Shown: positions 1-9,040, numbered from the stretch's first letter. The stretch: 64,000 bases of DNA from Candidatus Methylomirabilia bacterium (GCA_041499965.1 JBGQLG010000001.1:2672-66671); one strand, 5' to 3'. Notes: generated by a model not told the origin, from the sequence alone. Translations and numbers: made by a program.

Positions 1-34
1 TGATGCCGTACACCTTGATGGGAATGCTGGTCAT
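1..34 (-). CDS. 5' end (first 11 codons, MTSIPIKVYGI) of an unidentified gene running off the window
   Basis: ATG at 34-32 with GGAGGG just upstream; too short to identify. Confidence 0.3.
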   Translation of the reverse strand, partial: MTSIPIKVYGI

Positions 35-80
35 GACCCTCCTCGAACGACGACGAATGTCGTCATGATACCACGCGGGC

Positions 81-1469
81 TCAGGCCGGCGGCTCGGGAG
101 CGACGTCCGGCATCGCGAGCTGCTCGGTCAGCTCCGGTGCCGTCAGCGGCCGCGGCACCTGCTCCACGCCTTTGAGCCGGCGGATCTCGTCGCCGTCGCC
201 GGCCCCGAGGTCGCGGAACTCGCGCGCCTTGGGCAGCACGCGCGACTCGAGCGAGCCGACCGCGTCGTTGTAGGCGCGCACCGACTGTCCCAGCGTGACG
301 CCGATCCGGTCGACGTGGCCGCCCAGCGTGCGCAGGCGCTCGTAGAGCTCGCGGCCCAGGTCGCGGATCTCCACGGCGCTCGCGGCCAGCCGCTCCTGCT
401 TCCAGCCGTAGGCGATCGCGTGCAGGAGCGTGATGAGCGTGGTGGGCGTGGCCAGCACCACCCGCTGGCTCATGGCGTCCTCGATCAGCGCGGGGTCTTG
501 CTCCACCGCGGCGGCGACAAAGGCCTCGCCCGGCACGAACATCACCACGAGGTCGAGCGAGGTCGCAAACTGCGACCAGTACGCCTTGCCGCCCAGCGTG
601 TTCATGTGCTGGCGCATCTGGGCGGCATGGCGCAGCAGCGCCGCGTTCCGCTCCTCGGGCCGGGTGGCATCCACCGCGTCCAGATAGGCGGCCAGCGACA
701 CCTTGGCGTCCACGACCACGTCGCGCTGGCCGGGCAGGTGCACCACCATGTCGGGGCGGAGCGCGCCGCCGCTGCCCTTGAGCGTGACCTGCTCGTCGAA
801 GTCGCAGTGGGCCGCGAGGCCCGCCAGCTCGACCACGCGGCGCAGCGTCAGCTCGCCCCAGCGGCCCCGGGCCTGGGAGCCGCGCAGCGCGGTGACCAGG
901 TTCAGGGTCTCCCGCCGCAGCTCGTCGTTGGTCGTCCGCAGCGTGTTGAGCTGCTGCTCGAGTGTCGCGTAGGCGCCCTCGCGTCGAGCCTCGAGCTGTT
1001 GCGTCTGACTCTCGACCCGCGCCAGGGCGTCCTTGAGCGGGTTCACCAGCGCGTCGATCGACTGCTCGCGGCTGCGCAGGCGCTCGTCGGCCAGGGTGAG
1101 GAAGCTCGACTGCGTGTCGCGCAGGGTGTCGGCGCTCAGGGCCTTGAAGGTCTCGGTCAGCTGCGCGCGCGCCTGATCCAGCAGCGCGCGCTGCTCGTCC
1201 ACCGAGCGCCGCTCGCCCTCCAGGCGCGTCTCGGCCTGGGTGCGGGCCGCCTGCTCGGTGCGCAGCGCGTCGCGGAGATCACCGGCGTCGAGCTCGCGTT
1301 GCGTGAGCTGCTTGCCCAGCACGTCGGCTCGCGTCTCCATGGCGACCAGGCGGTGCTGGAGGGCGTCGCGCTCCCCACGCCGGGCGGCGTCGGCCCGAGC
1401 GCGGGCGACCGCCCACCCGAGGGCGCCGCCCACCACGAGCGTGGCCACCGGGCCCAGCCACTCAACCAC
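81..1469 (-). CDS. rmuC: DNA recombination protein RmuC
   Basis: N-terminal TM helix, long coiled-coil, then the conserved RmuC C-terminal region (GRWGE...VVMFVPGE...ATPTTL). GTG at 1469 chosen because the upstream gene ends at 1462; ATG at 1550 is the alternative. Confidence 0.85.
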   Translation of the reverse strand: MVEWLGPVATLVVGGALGWAVARARADAARRGERDALQHRLVAMETRADVLGKQLTQRELDAGDLRDALRTEQAARTQAETRLEGERRSVDEQRALLDQARAQLTETFKALSADTLRDTQSSFLTLADERLRSREQSIDALVNPLKDALARVESQTQQLEARREGAYATLEQQLNTLRTTNDELRRETLNLVTALRGSQARGRWGELTLRRVVELAGLAAHCDFDEQVTLKGSGGALRPDMVVHLPGQRDVVVDAKVSLAAYLDAVDATRPEERNAALLRHAAQMRQHMNTLGGKAYWSQFATSLDLVVMFVPGEAFVAAAVEQDPALIEDAMSQRVVLATPTTLITLLHAIAYGWKQERLAASAVEIRDLGRELYERLRTLGGHVDRIGVTLGQSVRAYNDAVGSLESRVLPKAREFRDLGAGDGDEIRRLKGVEQVPRPLTAPELTEQLAMPDVAPEPPA

Positions 1470-2346
1470 GGGCCGGCCGCCTTCCCCGCCAGTGGCGGCA
1501 CACGCCTCGCAGGCCGCACGGCGCGCACACGACGGCGTCCCGGCGGTCACGGCAGTCGCCGGACATGCGCTTGTGGCAGAGCGCGAAGTCGTACTTCACG
1601 GGGTCGGCGGGATCGACGAGCGCCAGCCGTGCGGTGATCTCCTCGGCCATCTTCCAGTTCCGCGAGCGGCGTCGCGTGAGGCCGAGCGAGCGGCTCATGT
1701 TCTCGATGTGGGTGTCGAGCGGGATCAGCAGGCGGGCCGGTGTGATCGAGGTCCACAGGCCGAAGTCCGGCGGCTCCCGCCGCACCATCCAGCGCAGGAA
1801 CAGGTTGAGCCGCTTGCACGGCCCGCCGACCGAGGGCAACGGAAACAGGTGGCGATAGCCGCGCGACAGCCGGCCGCGCGGAAAGATGTCGCGGACGTCG
1901 GCCTCCAGAAAGGCACCGGCGAAGCGCTCGAGCGCGGGGCCGATCGAGCCCTTCGGCTCGACGTCGCCGGCCACGAAGCACTGCTCGAGTCCGCCGTGGC
2001 GGGCCAGCAGGTCGCGCGCGGCGGTGCAGAAGGCCACCAGGTCGGGCGGCCGGTTGAAGCGGTAGACGAAGCCGGCGAAGGCGCCGGCGTCGCGGTGGGC
2101 GTCGAAGCGGCGCACGAAGGCGGCAGGCGACGGTGCCATGGCCTCCAGCACGCCCTGCAACGATCGGCCGAAGAGATCGACCCGGCCGTAGGCCAGGCAG
2201 GCGGTGAGCAGCGCGACGATCTCGCGGTCGTCGCGAGCGGTGTAGCGGAGGGGGAACTCGATCGCGTCGCGCGCGACCCGCGCGCCGTAGTCGAACTCGC
2301 GGTAGAGCCGCTCGAGCGGCTCGCGGAGTGCGCCGGCTGACGTCAT
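1462..2346 (-). CDS. TIGR02757/DUF2400 family protein
   Basis: Family-like sequence (LNLFLRWMVR, IPLDTH) with a Cys-rich C-terminus; ATG at 2346 preferred over the track start 2373. Confidence 0.75.
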   Translation of the reverse strand: MTSAGALREPLERLYREFDYGARVARDAIEFPLRYTARDDREIVALLTACLAYGRVDLFGRSLQGVLEAMAPSPAAFVRRFDAHRDAGAFAGFVYRFNRPPDLVAFCTAARDLLARHGGLEQCFVAGDVEPKGSIGPALERFAGAFLEADVRDIFPRGRLSRGYRHLFPLPSVGGPCKRLNLFLRWMVRREPPDFGLWTSITPARLLIPLDTHIENMSRSLGLTRRRSRNWKMAEEITARLALVDPADPVKYDFALCHKRMSGDCRDRRDAVVCAPCGLRGVCRHWRGRRPARG

Positions 2347-2371
2347 TCGGGGTCTCGCGCGGCATGATACC

Positions 2372-3217
2372 ATGCGGCCTCGTCAGGCGATGAGTCGCAT
2401 CCCCTCGCACGCGCGGCCGCTCGCCGTCGGCGTTGTCGGTCTCGGCGTCATCGGCCGTCGCGTGTGCGCGGCACTCGACGCCGGCCTGCCGGGCCTTCGC
2501 CTGGCCGGCGCCACGGCCCGCACGCCGGACAAGGCCGAGGCCTTCCTGAAGTCACTGGGCACCCCCGTGCCGTTCCTTCCGCTGGACGCGCTCATTGCGG
2601 CCTCGGACGTCGTCGTCGAGGCGTCCACACAGGCGCACCTGCAGGAGATCGCGCCGAAGGCGCTCGGCGCCGGGCGCGATCTCGTCGTGCTCTCCTGCGG
2701 CGCCCTGCTCGGGCGCGCGGACTGGGTCGCGCTGGCCGAGGCCAACGGCTGCCGCATCCTGGTGCCGTCGGGCGCCATCGGCGGGCTCGACGCCGTCAAG
2801 GGCGGGGCCGTCGGACCGATCACCTCGGTCACGATGGAAAGCCGCAAGGCGCCGGCCGGCTGGGCCGGGGCGCCGTGGGTCGTCCAGCAGAAGATCGACC
2901 TCGACGCGATACGCGAGGAGACGCTCATCTTCGAGGGCCCGGCCACGGCGGCGTGTCCGGCGTTTCCCGCCAACGTCAACGTCCTGGCCGCGCTCTCGCT
3001 GGCCGGCGTGGGCCCCGAGCGCACGACGACGAAGATCTACGCCGTCCCGGGCCTCACCCGCAACACGCATCGCATCAGCGTGGAGGGCGAGTTCGGCTCA
3101 TTCGAGCTGGAGATTCGCAACGTGCCCTCCGAGAATCCCCGCACGGGCCGGCTGTCCTATCTGTCGACGATCGCGCTGCTGCGTGACCTCGGCGCCACGC
3201 TGCGCGTGGGGACCTGA
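2372..3217 (+). CDS. nadX: L-aspartate dehydrogenase
   Basis: Rossmann motif GVVGLGVIG plus the AspDH C-terminal domain (PSGAIGGLD, NVNVLAA, H-R-I). ATG at 2390 is an alternative start. Confidence 0.85.
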   Translation: MRPRQAMSRIPSHARPLAVGVVGLGVIGRRVCAALDAGLPGLRLAGATARTPDKAEAFLKSLGTPVPFLPLDALIAASDVVVEASTQAHLQEIAPKALGAGRDLVVLSCGALLGRADWVALAEANGCRILVPSGAIGGLDAVKGGAVGPITSVTMESRKAPAGWAGAPWVVQQKIDLDAIREETLIFEGPATAACPAFPANVNVLAALSLAGVGPERTTTKIYAVPGLTRNTHRISVEGEFGSFELEIRNVPSENPRTGRLSYLSTIALLRDLGATLRVGT

Positions 3218-3351
3218 GCACGGATCCGGTCGGCGCCGCCTTCGACCGCATCGCCGAGCCGTACGCCACCGACTTCGCCGACGAGCTGAGCCACAAGCCC
3301 TACGACGCCGACCGCCTGCGCCGCTTCGCCGCGCGCTGGGCGGGCGGCCTC

Positions 3352-3837
3352 GTGCTCGACGTCGGCTGTGGCGCCGCCGGCCACGTGGGCCGCTTCGTCG
3401 CCGACCTCGGCCCGCGCGTCACCGGCGTCGACCTCTCCGCCCGCTCCGTGGCCCTGGCCCAGCGCCTTCAGCCGGATCTCCGTTTCGTCGCGGCCGACAT
3501 GACGGCACTACCCTTCGCCTCCGGCGCCGCCGGCGGGCTCGTCGCCTTCTACTCGCTGATCTACGAGGCGGACCCGCGGCCCGCGCTCGGCGAGCTTCGC
3601 CGCGTGCTGGCACGCGGCGCGCCGCTGCTGATCGCCGTCCACGCCGGCGAAGGCTCGCAGCGCTTCGATAACTACAAGGGCACCCCGATCGACGTCGAGC
3701 TCCACCTGCGCTCGCCTGATGTCTTCGCCGCGCAGGTCAGCGCAGCCGGCTTCGCCGTGGACGGTGTCGAGGTGCGACAACCCTATCCCTTCGAGCACCC
3801 GACTTCACGGCTCTACGTGAGCGGCCGGGCGGCGTAG
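3352..3837 (+). CDS. Class I SAM-dependent methyltransferase (minimal canonical ORF; coding signal extends upstream to about 3214)
   Basis: VLDVGCG SAM motif at the very start of the track ORF. The in-frame upstream 46 codons have near-100% GC3 and a typical methyltransferase N-terminus but no ATG/GTG/TTG. Confidence 0.8.
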   Translation: MLDVGCGAAGHVGRFVADLGPRVTGVDLSARSVALAQRLQPDLRFVAADMTALPFASGAAGGLVAFYSLIYEADPRPALGELRRVLARGAPLLIAVHAGEGSQRFDNYKGTPIDVELHLRSPDVFAAQVSAAGFAVDGVEVRQPYPFEHPTSRLYVSGRAA

Positions 3838-3877
3838 CGTCTCGAGACAGAGATTCGTCGGCTTGGGCCGACGGGTT

Positions 3878-4064
3878 CGTGCGTTCCCGGCTCGCGGTGT
3901 GGGTGGCGGGGCGACAGGGTTTCCTGAGGTTCCGTTGGCTTCGATCGTGTAGGGCCACACGTAGGACCAGGCTCCGACCATCCCCTCGCGTACCGGGTCG
4001 TCTCACGCGGAACCGAAGGGGACCCTGTCGCCCCGCCGCCCACGCCGCGAGCCGGGAACGCACG
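3878..4064 (+). repeat. 187-nt imperfect palindrome: 57-position stem (51 Watson-Crick, 4 G-U in plus sense, one 2x2 internal loop) with a 73-nt apical region
   Basis: Arms 3878-3934 and 4008-4064 paired base by base by hand. It produces mirrored artefact ORFs 3879..4091(+) and 3737..4063(-), both starting MRSRLA.W.AGRQG. Confidence 0.9.
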
Positions 4065-4113
4065 CGCTACGGGCAGTGGATGAACGTCTGACTCGGGGCG
4101 TGACCGCCGGGTA

Positions 4114-4734
4114 TCAGCGCGAGGCGGAGGGATGCATCTCGACGGGATAGCCGTGGGCGATCGCCTGCACGATCGAGCGCGGCGTCAGCACACGCAACGC
4201 CGCGTTGGTCGTCGGCCGCGGCGCTTCATAACCGACCGGTGTCCACGGAAGCAGCGCGCCGCTGTGCACCAGACAGGCCTGATCGCCGTCCGCAACGATG
4301 ACACCCGACGGCAGCCGGGCCGGCGTCTCGACGTAGGCCGCTCGATCTCGCCGGCCGTGGAGCCGCTCCGCGTGGAGCACCTCGTCCACCGTGTCCACCA
4401 GCGGCGGCTGTCGAGCGGGTACCGGCCGCCCGGCCACCCAGTGCTCCAGGAACAGCCGGTAGCGGTCGCGCTGGCACTCGACGCAGGGCCGGTGGCCGGC
4501 CGCCAGCGCGGTGGCCTCGTCCAGGAAGAACAGCTCGGTGTAGTGGCCGGGCGTCATGAGGGGCCGCCGCCGGCCCTTGAACTGCAGCACGCAGATGATC
4601 CAGCGCCGGCCGACGAAGGCGCGGCGAATGCGGCCGGCGGCGTCGTGCAGGCACCCGCGGTTGCCCATCAGCGTGCCGCGTGCCGGGGTGGCGATCAGCT
4701 CGCCGAACGGTGTGACGCGATTCTGCCGCGGCAC
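4114..4734 (-). CDS. Conserved hypothetical protein with an Ada-like GHRPCxxC motif
   Basis: High-GC3 ORF; GTG at 4734 lies 5 nt after the trxB stop. Motif FLDEATALAAGHRPCVECQRDRY resembles the Ada N-terminal Zn-binding motif. Confidence 0.65.
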   Translation of the reverse strand: MPRQNRVTPFGELIATPARGTLMGNRGCLHDAAGRIRRAFVGRRWIICVLQFKGRRRPLMTPGHYTELFFLDEATALAAGHRPCVECQRDRYRLFLEHWVAGRPVPARQPPLVDTVDEVLHAERLHGRRDRAAYVETPARLPSGVIVADGDQACLVHSGALLPWTPVGYEAPRPTTNAALRVLTPRSIVQAIAHGYPVEMHPSASR

Positions 4735-4739
4735 CCGCG

Positions 4740-5678
4740 CTACCCGCGCTGCGTCGCTTCCAGGTAGCGCTCGGCCTGCAGCGCGGCCATGCAGCCGGTA
4801 CCGGCGGCGGTCACCGCCTGGCGCCAGGTGAAGTCGGCGACGTCGCCGGCGGCGAACACGCCGGGCACCGACGTCTCGGTGGTCCCCGCTGCGATCTTCA
4901 CGTACTCGTTGGGCAGCAGCTCGAGCTGGCCGCGGAAGAGCGCCGTGTTGGGCTGGTGTCCGATCGCCACGAACAGGCCGTCGACCGGATGCTCGGAGAC
5001 CTCGCCCGTCTTCAGATGGCGCAGCGTCACCGCGGTGAGCTTGCCGGCCGCGGGATCGCCGAGGGACTCGATCGCACGGTCCCACAGGAAGCTGATCTTG
5101 GGGTTCTTGAACGCGCGCTCTTGCATGATCTTGGAGGCGCGCAGGGCCCCGCGCCGGTGCACCACCTCGACCTTGCGACCCAGCCGCGCCAGGAAGAGCG
5201 CCTCCTCCAGCGCGGAGTCACCGCCGCCCACCACCATGATGTCCTGGTCCTTGAAGAAGAACCCGTCGCAGGTCGCGCAGGTGGACACCCCCCGGCCCAG
5301 CAGCTGGCGTTCGCCGGGCAGGCCGAGCAGCTTGGCGGAAGCGCCGGTGGCCACGATCACCGTCTCCGCCTCGTAGGCGCTCTCGCCCGCGCGCACCACG
5401 AAGGGCCGCACCCCGAAGTCCACCGCCGTCACGTCGGCGGCGAGCATGTCGGTGCCGAAGCGCTCGGCCTGCTTGCGCATCGTCTCCATCAGCTCCGGCC
5501 CCATCACGCCATCGACGAAGCCGGGGACGTTCTCGACCAGGGTCGTGAGCATGAGCTGGCCGCCGGCCTGCACGCCCGAGATCATGAGCGGAGCCAGGTT
5601 GGCGCGCGCGGCGTAGATCGCCGCGGTATAGCCCGCGGGACCGGAGCCGATGATGATCACCTTGCGTGTCGTCGCCAT
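4740..5678 (-). CDS. trxB: Thioredoxin-disulfide reductase
   Basis: GSGPAG FAD motif, CATC redox-active disulfide, GGGDSA NADPH motif. Confidence 0.95.
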   Translation of the reverse strand: MATTRKVIIIGSGPAGYTAAIYAARANLAPLMISGVQAGGQLMLTTLVENVPGFVDGVMGPELMETMRKQAERFGTDMLAADVTAVDFGVRPFVVRAGESAYEAETVIVATGASAKLLGLPGERQLLGRGVSTCATCDGFFFKDQDIMVVGGGDSALEEALFLARLGRKVEVVHRRGALRASKIMQERAFKNPKISFLWDRAIESLGDPAAGKLTAVTLRHLKTGEVSEHPVDGLFVAIGHQPNTALFRGQLELLPNEYVKIAAGTTETSVPGVFAAGDVADFTWRQAVTAAGTGCMAALQAERYLEATQRG

Positions 5679-5732
5679 GGTCTGAGTACGATCTCCTCGA
5701 TCCTTGAGATGCAGGATCCGGTCCAGCCGATC

Positions 5733-6479
5733 CTACCGGTCGAGGATGGCCTCCAGCTCGGCGAGGTCGCGGATCTCGTAGTGGGGCGGCGCGATGCCCG
5801 CCGGCAACGGGTCCCGGTCCGGGTTGATCCAGGCGGCGTCCATGCCCACGCCGTGAGCGCCGGCCACGTCGATGTCGGCGCGATCGCCGACGAACAGCGT
5901 GCGCCGCGGATCCACCCCGGTGCGGCGGACCGCCTCCTCGAAGATGTCCGCGCGCGGCTTGCGCCAGCCGACCTCGTCGGAGACGACGATGGCCGCGAAC
6001 AGCCCGCGCACCCCGGCCGCGTCCAGGATCGCCAGGGCCGTCGGCGTGTAGTCGAAGTTCGAGACGACGGCCAGCCGGTGGCGCCGGGCCAGCCGCTCCA
6101 GCAACGGCCGGTGGTGGACCGGGAAGTCAGCGGCCTTGGCCAGCTCGCGGCGGTGGGTGTCGATGAGGGTCACGTCCAGGCCCGGCGGTAGCGCGCGCGG
6201 ATCGAGGGCCAGGCGCCGGAAGAAGTCCGCGAAGCGCTCCTGCGCCGACACCTCGCGGTGGTCGATCGCCCGCAGCCGCTCGGCCTCTTGCCAGGAGGCC
6301 TGCAATCCCGCGTAGCAGCCCTCCAGCGTCACCTCGGGTGCGTGGGCGACCAGCACCGCGTGCAGGTGGGCCACGGTCGAGCGCACCGTCTTGCCGTTGA
6401 TCTCCACCACCGGCAACCGCTCGCGGTCGAAGCGCACGAGCGTGTCGAACAGGTCGAAGAAGACCGAGGTGTAGACCAC
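5733..6479 (-). CDS. HAD-superfamily hydrolase
   Basis: DLFDTL motif I, SN motif II, GDRADIDV motif IV. GTG at 6479 overlaps the upstream stop by 1 nt. Confidence 0.8.
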   Translation of the reverse strand: MVYTSVFFDLFDTLVRFDRERLPVVEINGKTVRSTVAHLHAVLVAHAPEVTLEGCYAGLQASWQEAERLRAIDHREVSAQERFADFFRRLALDPRALPPGLDVTLIDTHRRELAKAADFPVHHRPLLERLARRHRLAVVSNFDYTPTALAILDAAGVRGLFAAIVVSDEVGWRKPRADIFEEAVRRTGVDPRRTLFVGDRADIDVAGAHGVGMDAAWINPDRDPLPAGIAPPHYEIRDLAELEAILDR

Positions 6480-6880
6480 TAGAGCGGCTTCCTCCGCGCG
6501 AAGCCCTCGTCGAGCCCGTGCCAGTGCGTGATGCGCTCCTCGCCGTAGCGCCAGCAGAGATTCACCTCGCGGTCCTCGCGCAGATGCAGGAAGTCGACGA
6601 GGCCGAGGCCCAGATCCTTGGTCACCCCGCCGAGCGCCTGGATGGCCGCGAGCCCTTCCTGCACGACGCGCGTGCCCCGCTCGAGCCGCCCCTGGGCCGC
6701 GCGCCACGCCTTCTGGTCGACGACACCACCGCCGTCGAGCGTGATGCGGCGCCGCTCGCGGTCCAGCCACGTCTTGGCCTCGCCGCCCTCGGCGCTGGCG
6801 GCCATGACGCGCGCCATGATCGGGGTCAGCCGCGGGATCAGCCGCTCGACCTCCTCGGGGGAGAAGTAGCGATCAGCCAC
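6479..6880 (-). CDS. DUF2203 family protein
   Basis: Family-typical start MADRYFSPEEVERLIP and C-terminal LVDF...LCWRYGE...HWH. Confidence 0.75.
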   Translation of the reverse strand: MADRYFSPEEVERLIPRLTPIMARVMAASAEGGEAKTWLDRERRRITLDGGGVVDQKAWRAAQGRLERGTRVVQEGLAAIQALGGVTKDLGLGLVDFLHLREDREVNLCWRYGEERITHWHGLDEGFARRKPL

Positions 6881-7622
6881 GGCGCGCCGCCAGACCCTGC
6901 TCGACGAAGACCGCGTGAACGTCCCTGGGTCCGTGCACCCCGCGCGTGAGGGTCAGCTCGATGTCGGCGGTGCGGCTGGGTCCGGTGATGAAGTTGATCG
7001 AGGCGCCGCGGTCCTCGGGCGGCGCGCCGTCGTGCCACGCCTCCAGCACCAGTCCCGCCTGGGCGAGGGATTCGACCAGGACTTCGCGGTCGAAGACCGC
7101 CACGTGGCAGGCGGGCAGCAGCGAGGCCGAGCGAGGACGGCCGGCACCCGAGACGACCACCAGCGTGCCCGTCTCGGCCACGGCCAGGTCCACCCCGGTC
7201 ACCCCGAGGTCGGCGGCCGCCGCCAGCGCCCGGTGCCGCGCGCGCTCCGGCGCGTCGACCTCCGCCGCCGGCGCGGCCGTCGTCTGCAGGCCGCGCGCGG
7301 CGAGCGGCGTCGCCACGTCGAGGCCAAGGGACGCGGCGTGCCACGTCACCACGCTCCGCATCCCCTGCTCCTGGGCGATCCGCGCGATCGTCTCCGGGAC
7401 CTCGCGCGCGTCGGCCACGCGGTGGAGCACGCCGCCCACGCGCTCGAACTCGCGCGCGAACCGCGCGAGGTTCTCGCGCCAGCCCTCGGCCAGCTCGCGT
7501 CGCAGGACGTCCAGCCGCTCGCGCGGCCGGTCCGGTCGCACAGCCGGCACACCCGTTCCGGCACCGGACGCGCGTGCCATCTCCCCCCGGATGCGCGCGA
7601 GGAACTCGGTTCGCGCGGTCAC
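6873..7622 (-). CDS. lutC: Lactate utilization protein C (LUD domain)
   Basis: LUD/DUF162-type sequence (GVTGVDLAVAETGTLVV, GPSRTADIE). GTG at 7622 forms a GTGA overlap with the lutB stop. Confidence 0.8.
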   Translation of the reverse strand: MTARTEFLARIRGEMARASGAGTGVPAVRPDRPRERLDVLRRELAEGWRENLARFAREFERVGGVLHRVADAREVPETIARIAQEQGMRSVVTWHAASLGLDVATPLAARGLQTTAAPAAEVDAPERARHRALAAAADLGVTGVDLAVAETGTLVVVSGAGRPRSASLLPACHVAVFDREVLVESLAQAGLVLEAWHDGAPPEDRGASINFITGPSRTADIELTLTRGVHGPRDVHAVFVEQGLAARRG

Positions 7623-9040
7623 GACCGAGACTCCCGCTCCAGCTCGGCCCAGCGCTCCTGGAACGTGCGCCGGGCGACAGGCGGCAGGTCGCGGGTGCGC
7701 GTCCAGGCTCCGAAAAACAGCGGCAGCCACCGGATCATCCCTCGCCGCATGAACGGCCGCTGGGCCAGGCGCCCGAGCCGGACCGCCGTCCGGTACAACG
7801 CCGGACGCTGGAGCATCCAGCCGAGGGCGCCGAACACCACCCGCTCCGCCCACGGGGCGATGCGCTGCTCGCCGACGTCGCGGCGCAGCTCGATGAGCAT
7901 GCGCGGGATGTCGATGCGCACGGGGCAGGCGTCCAGGCAGGCGCCGCACAGCGACGAGGCGTGGGCGAGATCCCGGACCGACTCGGTCCCGTTGAGCATC
8001 GCCGTCAGCAGGATGCCGATCGGGCCCGGGTACGTGTAGCCGTAGGCGTGGCCGCCGATCTGGCGGTAGACGGGGCAGACGTTGAGGCAGGCCCCGCAGC
8101 GCAGGCACGACAGCGCCTCGCGCAGGGGCCCGGCGATCTGGCCGATGCGCCCGTTGTCGAGCAGCACCAGGTGGAACTCCTCGGGCCCCTCCAGCTCGCC
8201 GCCGCGGCGCGGGCCGTTCACCAGCGAGGTGTAGACGGACAGCGTCTGGCCCGTCGCGCTCTTGGCGAGGATGGCCAGAAACACCACCAGGTCGGTCATC
8301 GAGGGGATGATCTTCTCCACGCCCATCACGGCCACGTGCACGCGCGGCAGCGAGGTCACCATCCGGCCGTTGCCCTCGTTGGTCACCAGCACGATGGTGC
8401 CGGTTTCGGCGACACCGAAGTTGGCGCCGCTGATCCCCAGGTCGGCCTGCAGGAACTTCTCGCGCAGCTCGGCCCGGGCGATGCGCGTCAGCACCTCGGG
8501 GTCGGGCGGCGCCTCGCGCCCCAGCGCGCGGGTGAACAGCTCGGCCACCTGCGCCTTCGTCTTGTGGATGGCCGGCGCGATGATGTGCGAGGGCCGCTCG
8601 TGGGCGAGCTGGATGATGTACTCGCCCAGGTCGGTCTCCACCGGCGTGACGCCCGCCGCCTGCAGGGCGTCGTTGAGGTGGATCTCCTCGGTCGCCATCG
8701 ACTTGGACTTCACCGCCAGGCGCGCACCCGTGCGACGGGCGATCTCCAGCACGATGCTCCGGGCCTCCTCGGCCGAGGTGGCGTAGTGGACGTGACCGCC
8801 GCGCCGCTCGACGTTGTCGATCAGCATCTCCAGGTAGTGATCGAGGCGCTGGAGCGTGGCCTCCTTGATCGCCCGGGCCTGGTCGCGGAGTGCCTCGCCC
8901 TCCGGGAACTCGGCGAACGCCTCCCGCCGGAGGTCGATGAACTTGGTGGTGGCAATGGAGAGAGCTTCCTGCAGGAAGGTGTCGCGCAGCGCCTGACCGG
9001 CGCGCTCGCGCAGCGGCGTGGCCAGCTCGGGCTCGCTCAC
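7619..9040 (-). CDS. lutB: Lactate utilization protein B (4Fe-4S, LUD domain)
   Basis: Two CxxCxxxCP ferredoxin motifs plus a LUD domain; GTGA overlap with the lutA stop. The track ORF to 9532 is a 5' extension. Confidence 0.85.
   Translation of the reverse strand: MSEPELATPLRERAGQALRDTFLQEALSIATTKFIDLRREAFAEFPEGEALRDQARAIKEATLQRLDHYLEMLIDNVERRGGHVHYATSAEEARSIVLEIARRTGARLAVKSKSMATEEIHLNDALQAAGVTPVETDLGEYIIQLAHERPSHIIAPAIHKTKAQVAELFTRALGREAPPDPEVLTRIARAELREKFLQADLGISGANFGVAETGTIVLVTNEGNGRMVTSLPRVHVAVMGVEKIIPSMTDLVVFLAILAKSATGQTLSVYTSLVNGPRRGGELEGPEEFHLVLLDNGRIGQIAGPLREALSCLRCGACLNVCPVYRQIGGHAYGYTYPGPIGILLTAMLNGTESVRDLAHASSLCGACLDACPVRIDIPRMLIELRRDVGEQRIAPWAERVVFGALGWMLQRPALYRTAVRLGRLAQRPFMRRGMIRWLPLFFGAWTRTRDLPPVARRTFQERWAELERESRS

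Noticed and set aside
3878-4064. Possibility that the long hairpin is 6S RNA or another known housekeeping RNA
   Set aside because: 6S RNA needs a large central bubble within the rod. Here the 57-position stem is almost uninterrupted. I recognise no conserved motifs of 6S, tmRNA, RNase P or SRP RNA. It is left as an unclassified element.
3737-4091. Two small ORFs (3879..4091 plus strand, 3737..4063 minus strand) with nearly identical N-termini MRSRLA.W.AGRQG.LRFR
   Set aside because: The similarity is a by-product of the inverted repeat arms being translated on both strands. They are Arg-rich with no coding-like third-position bias.
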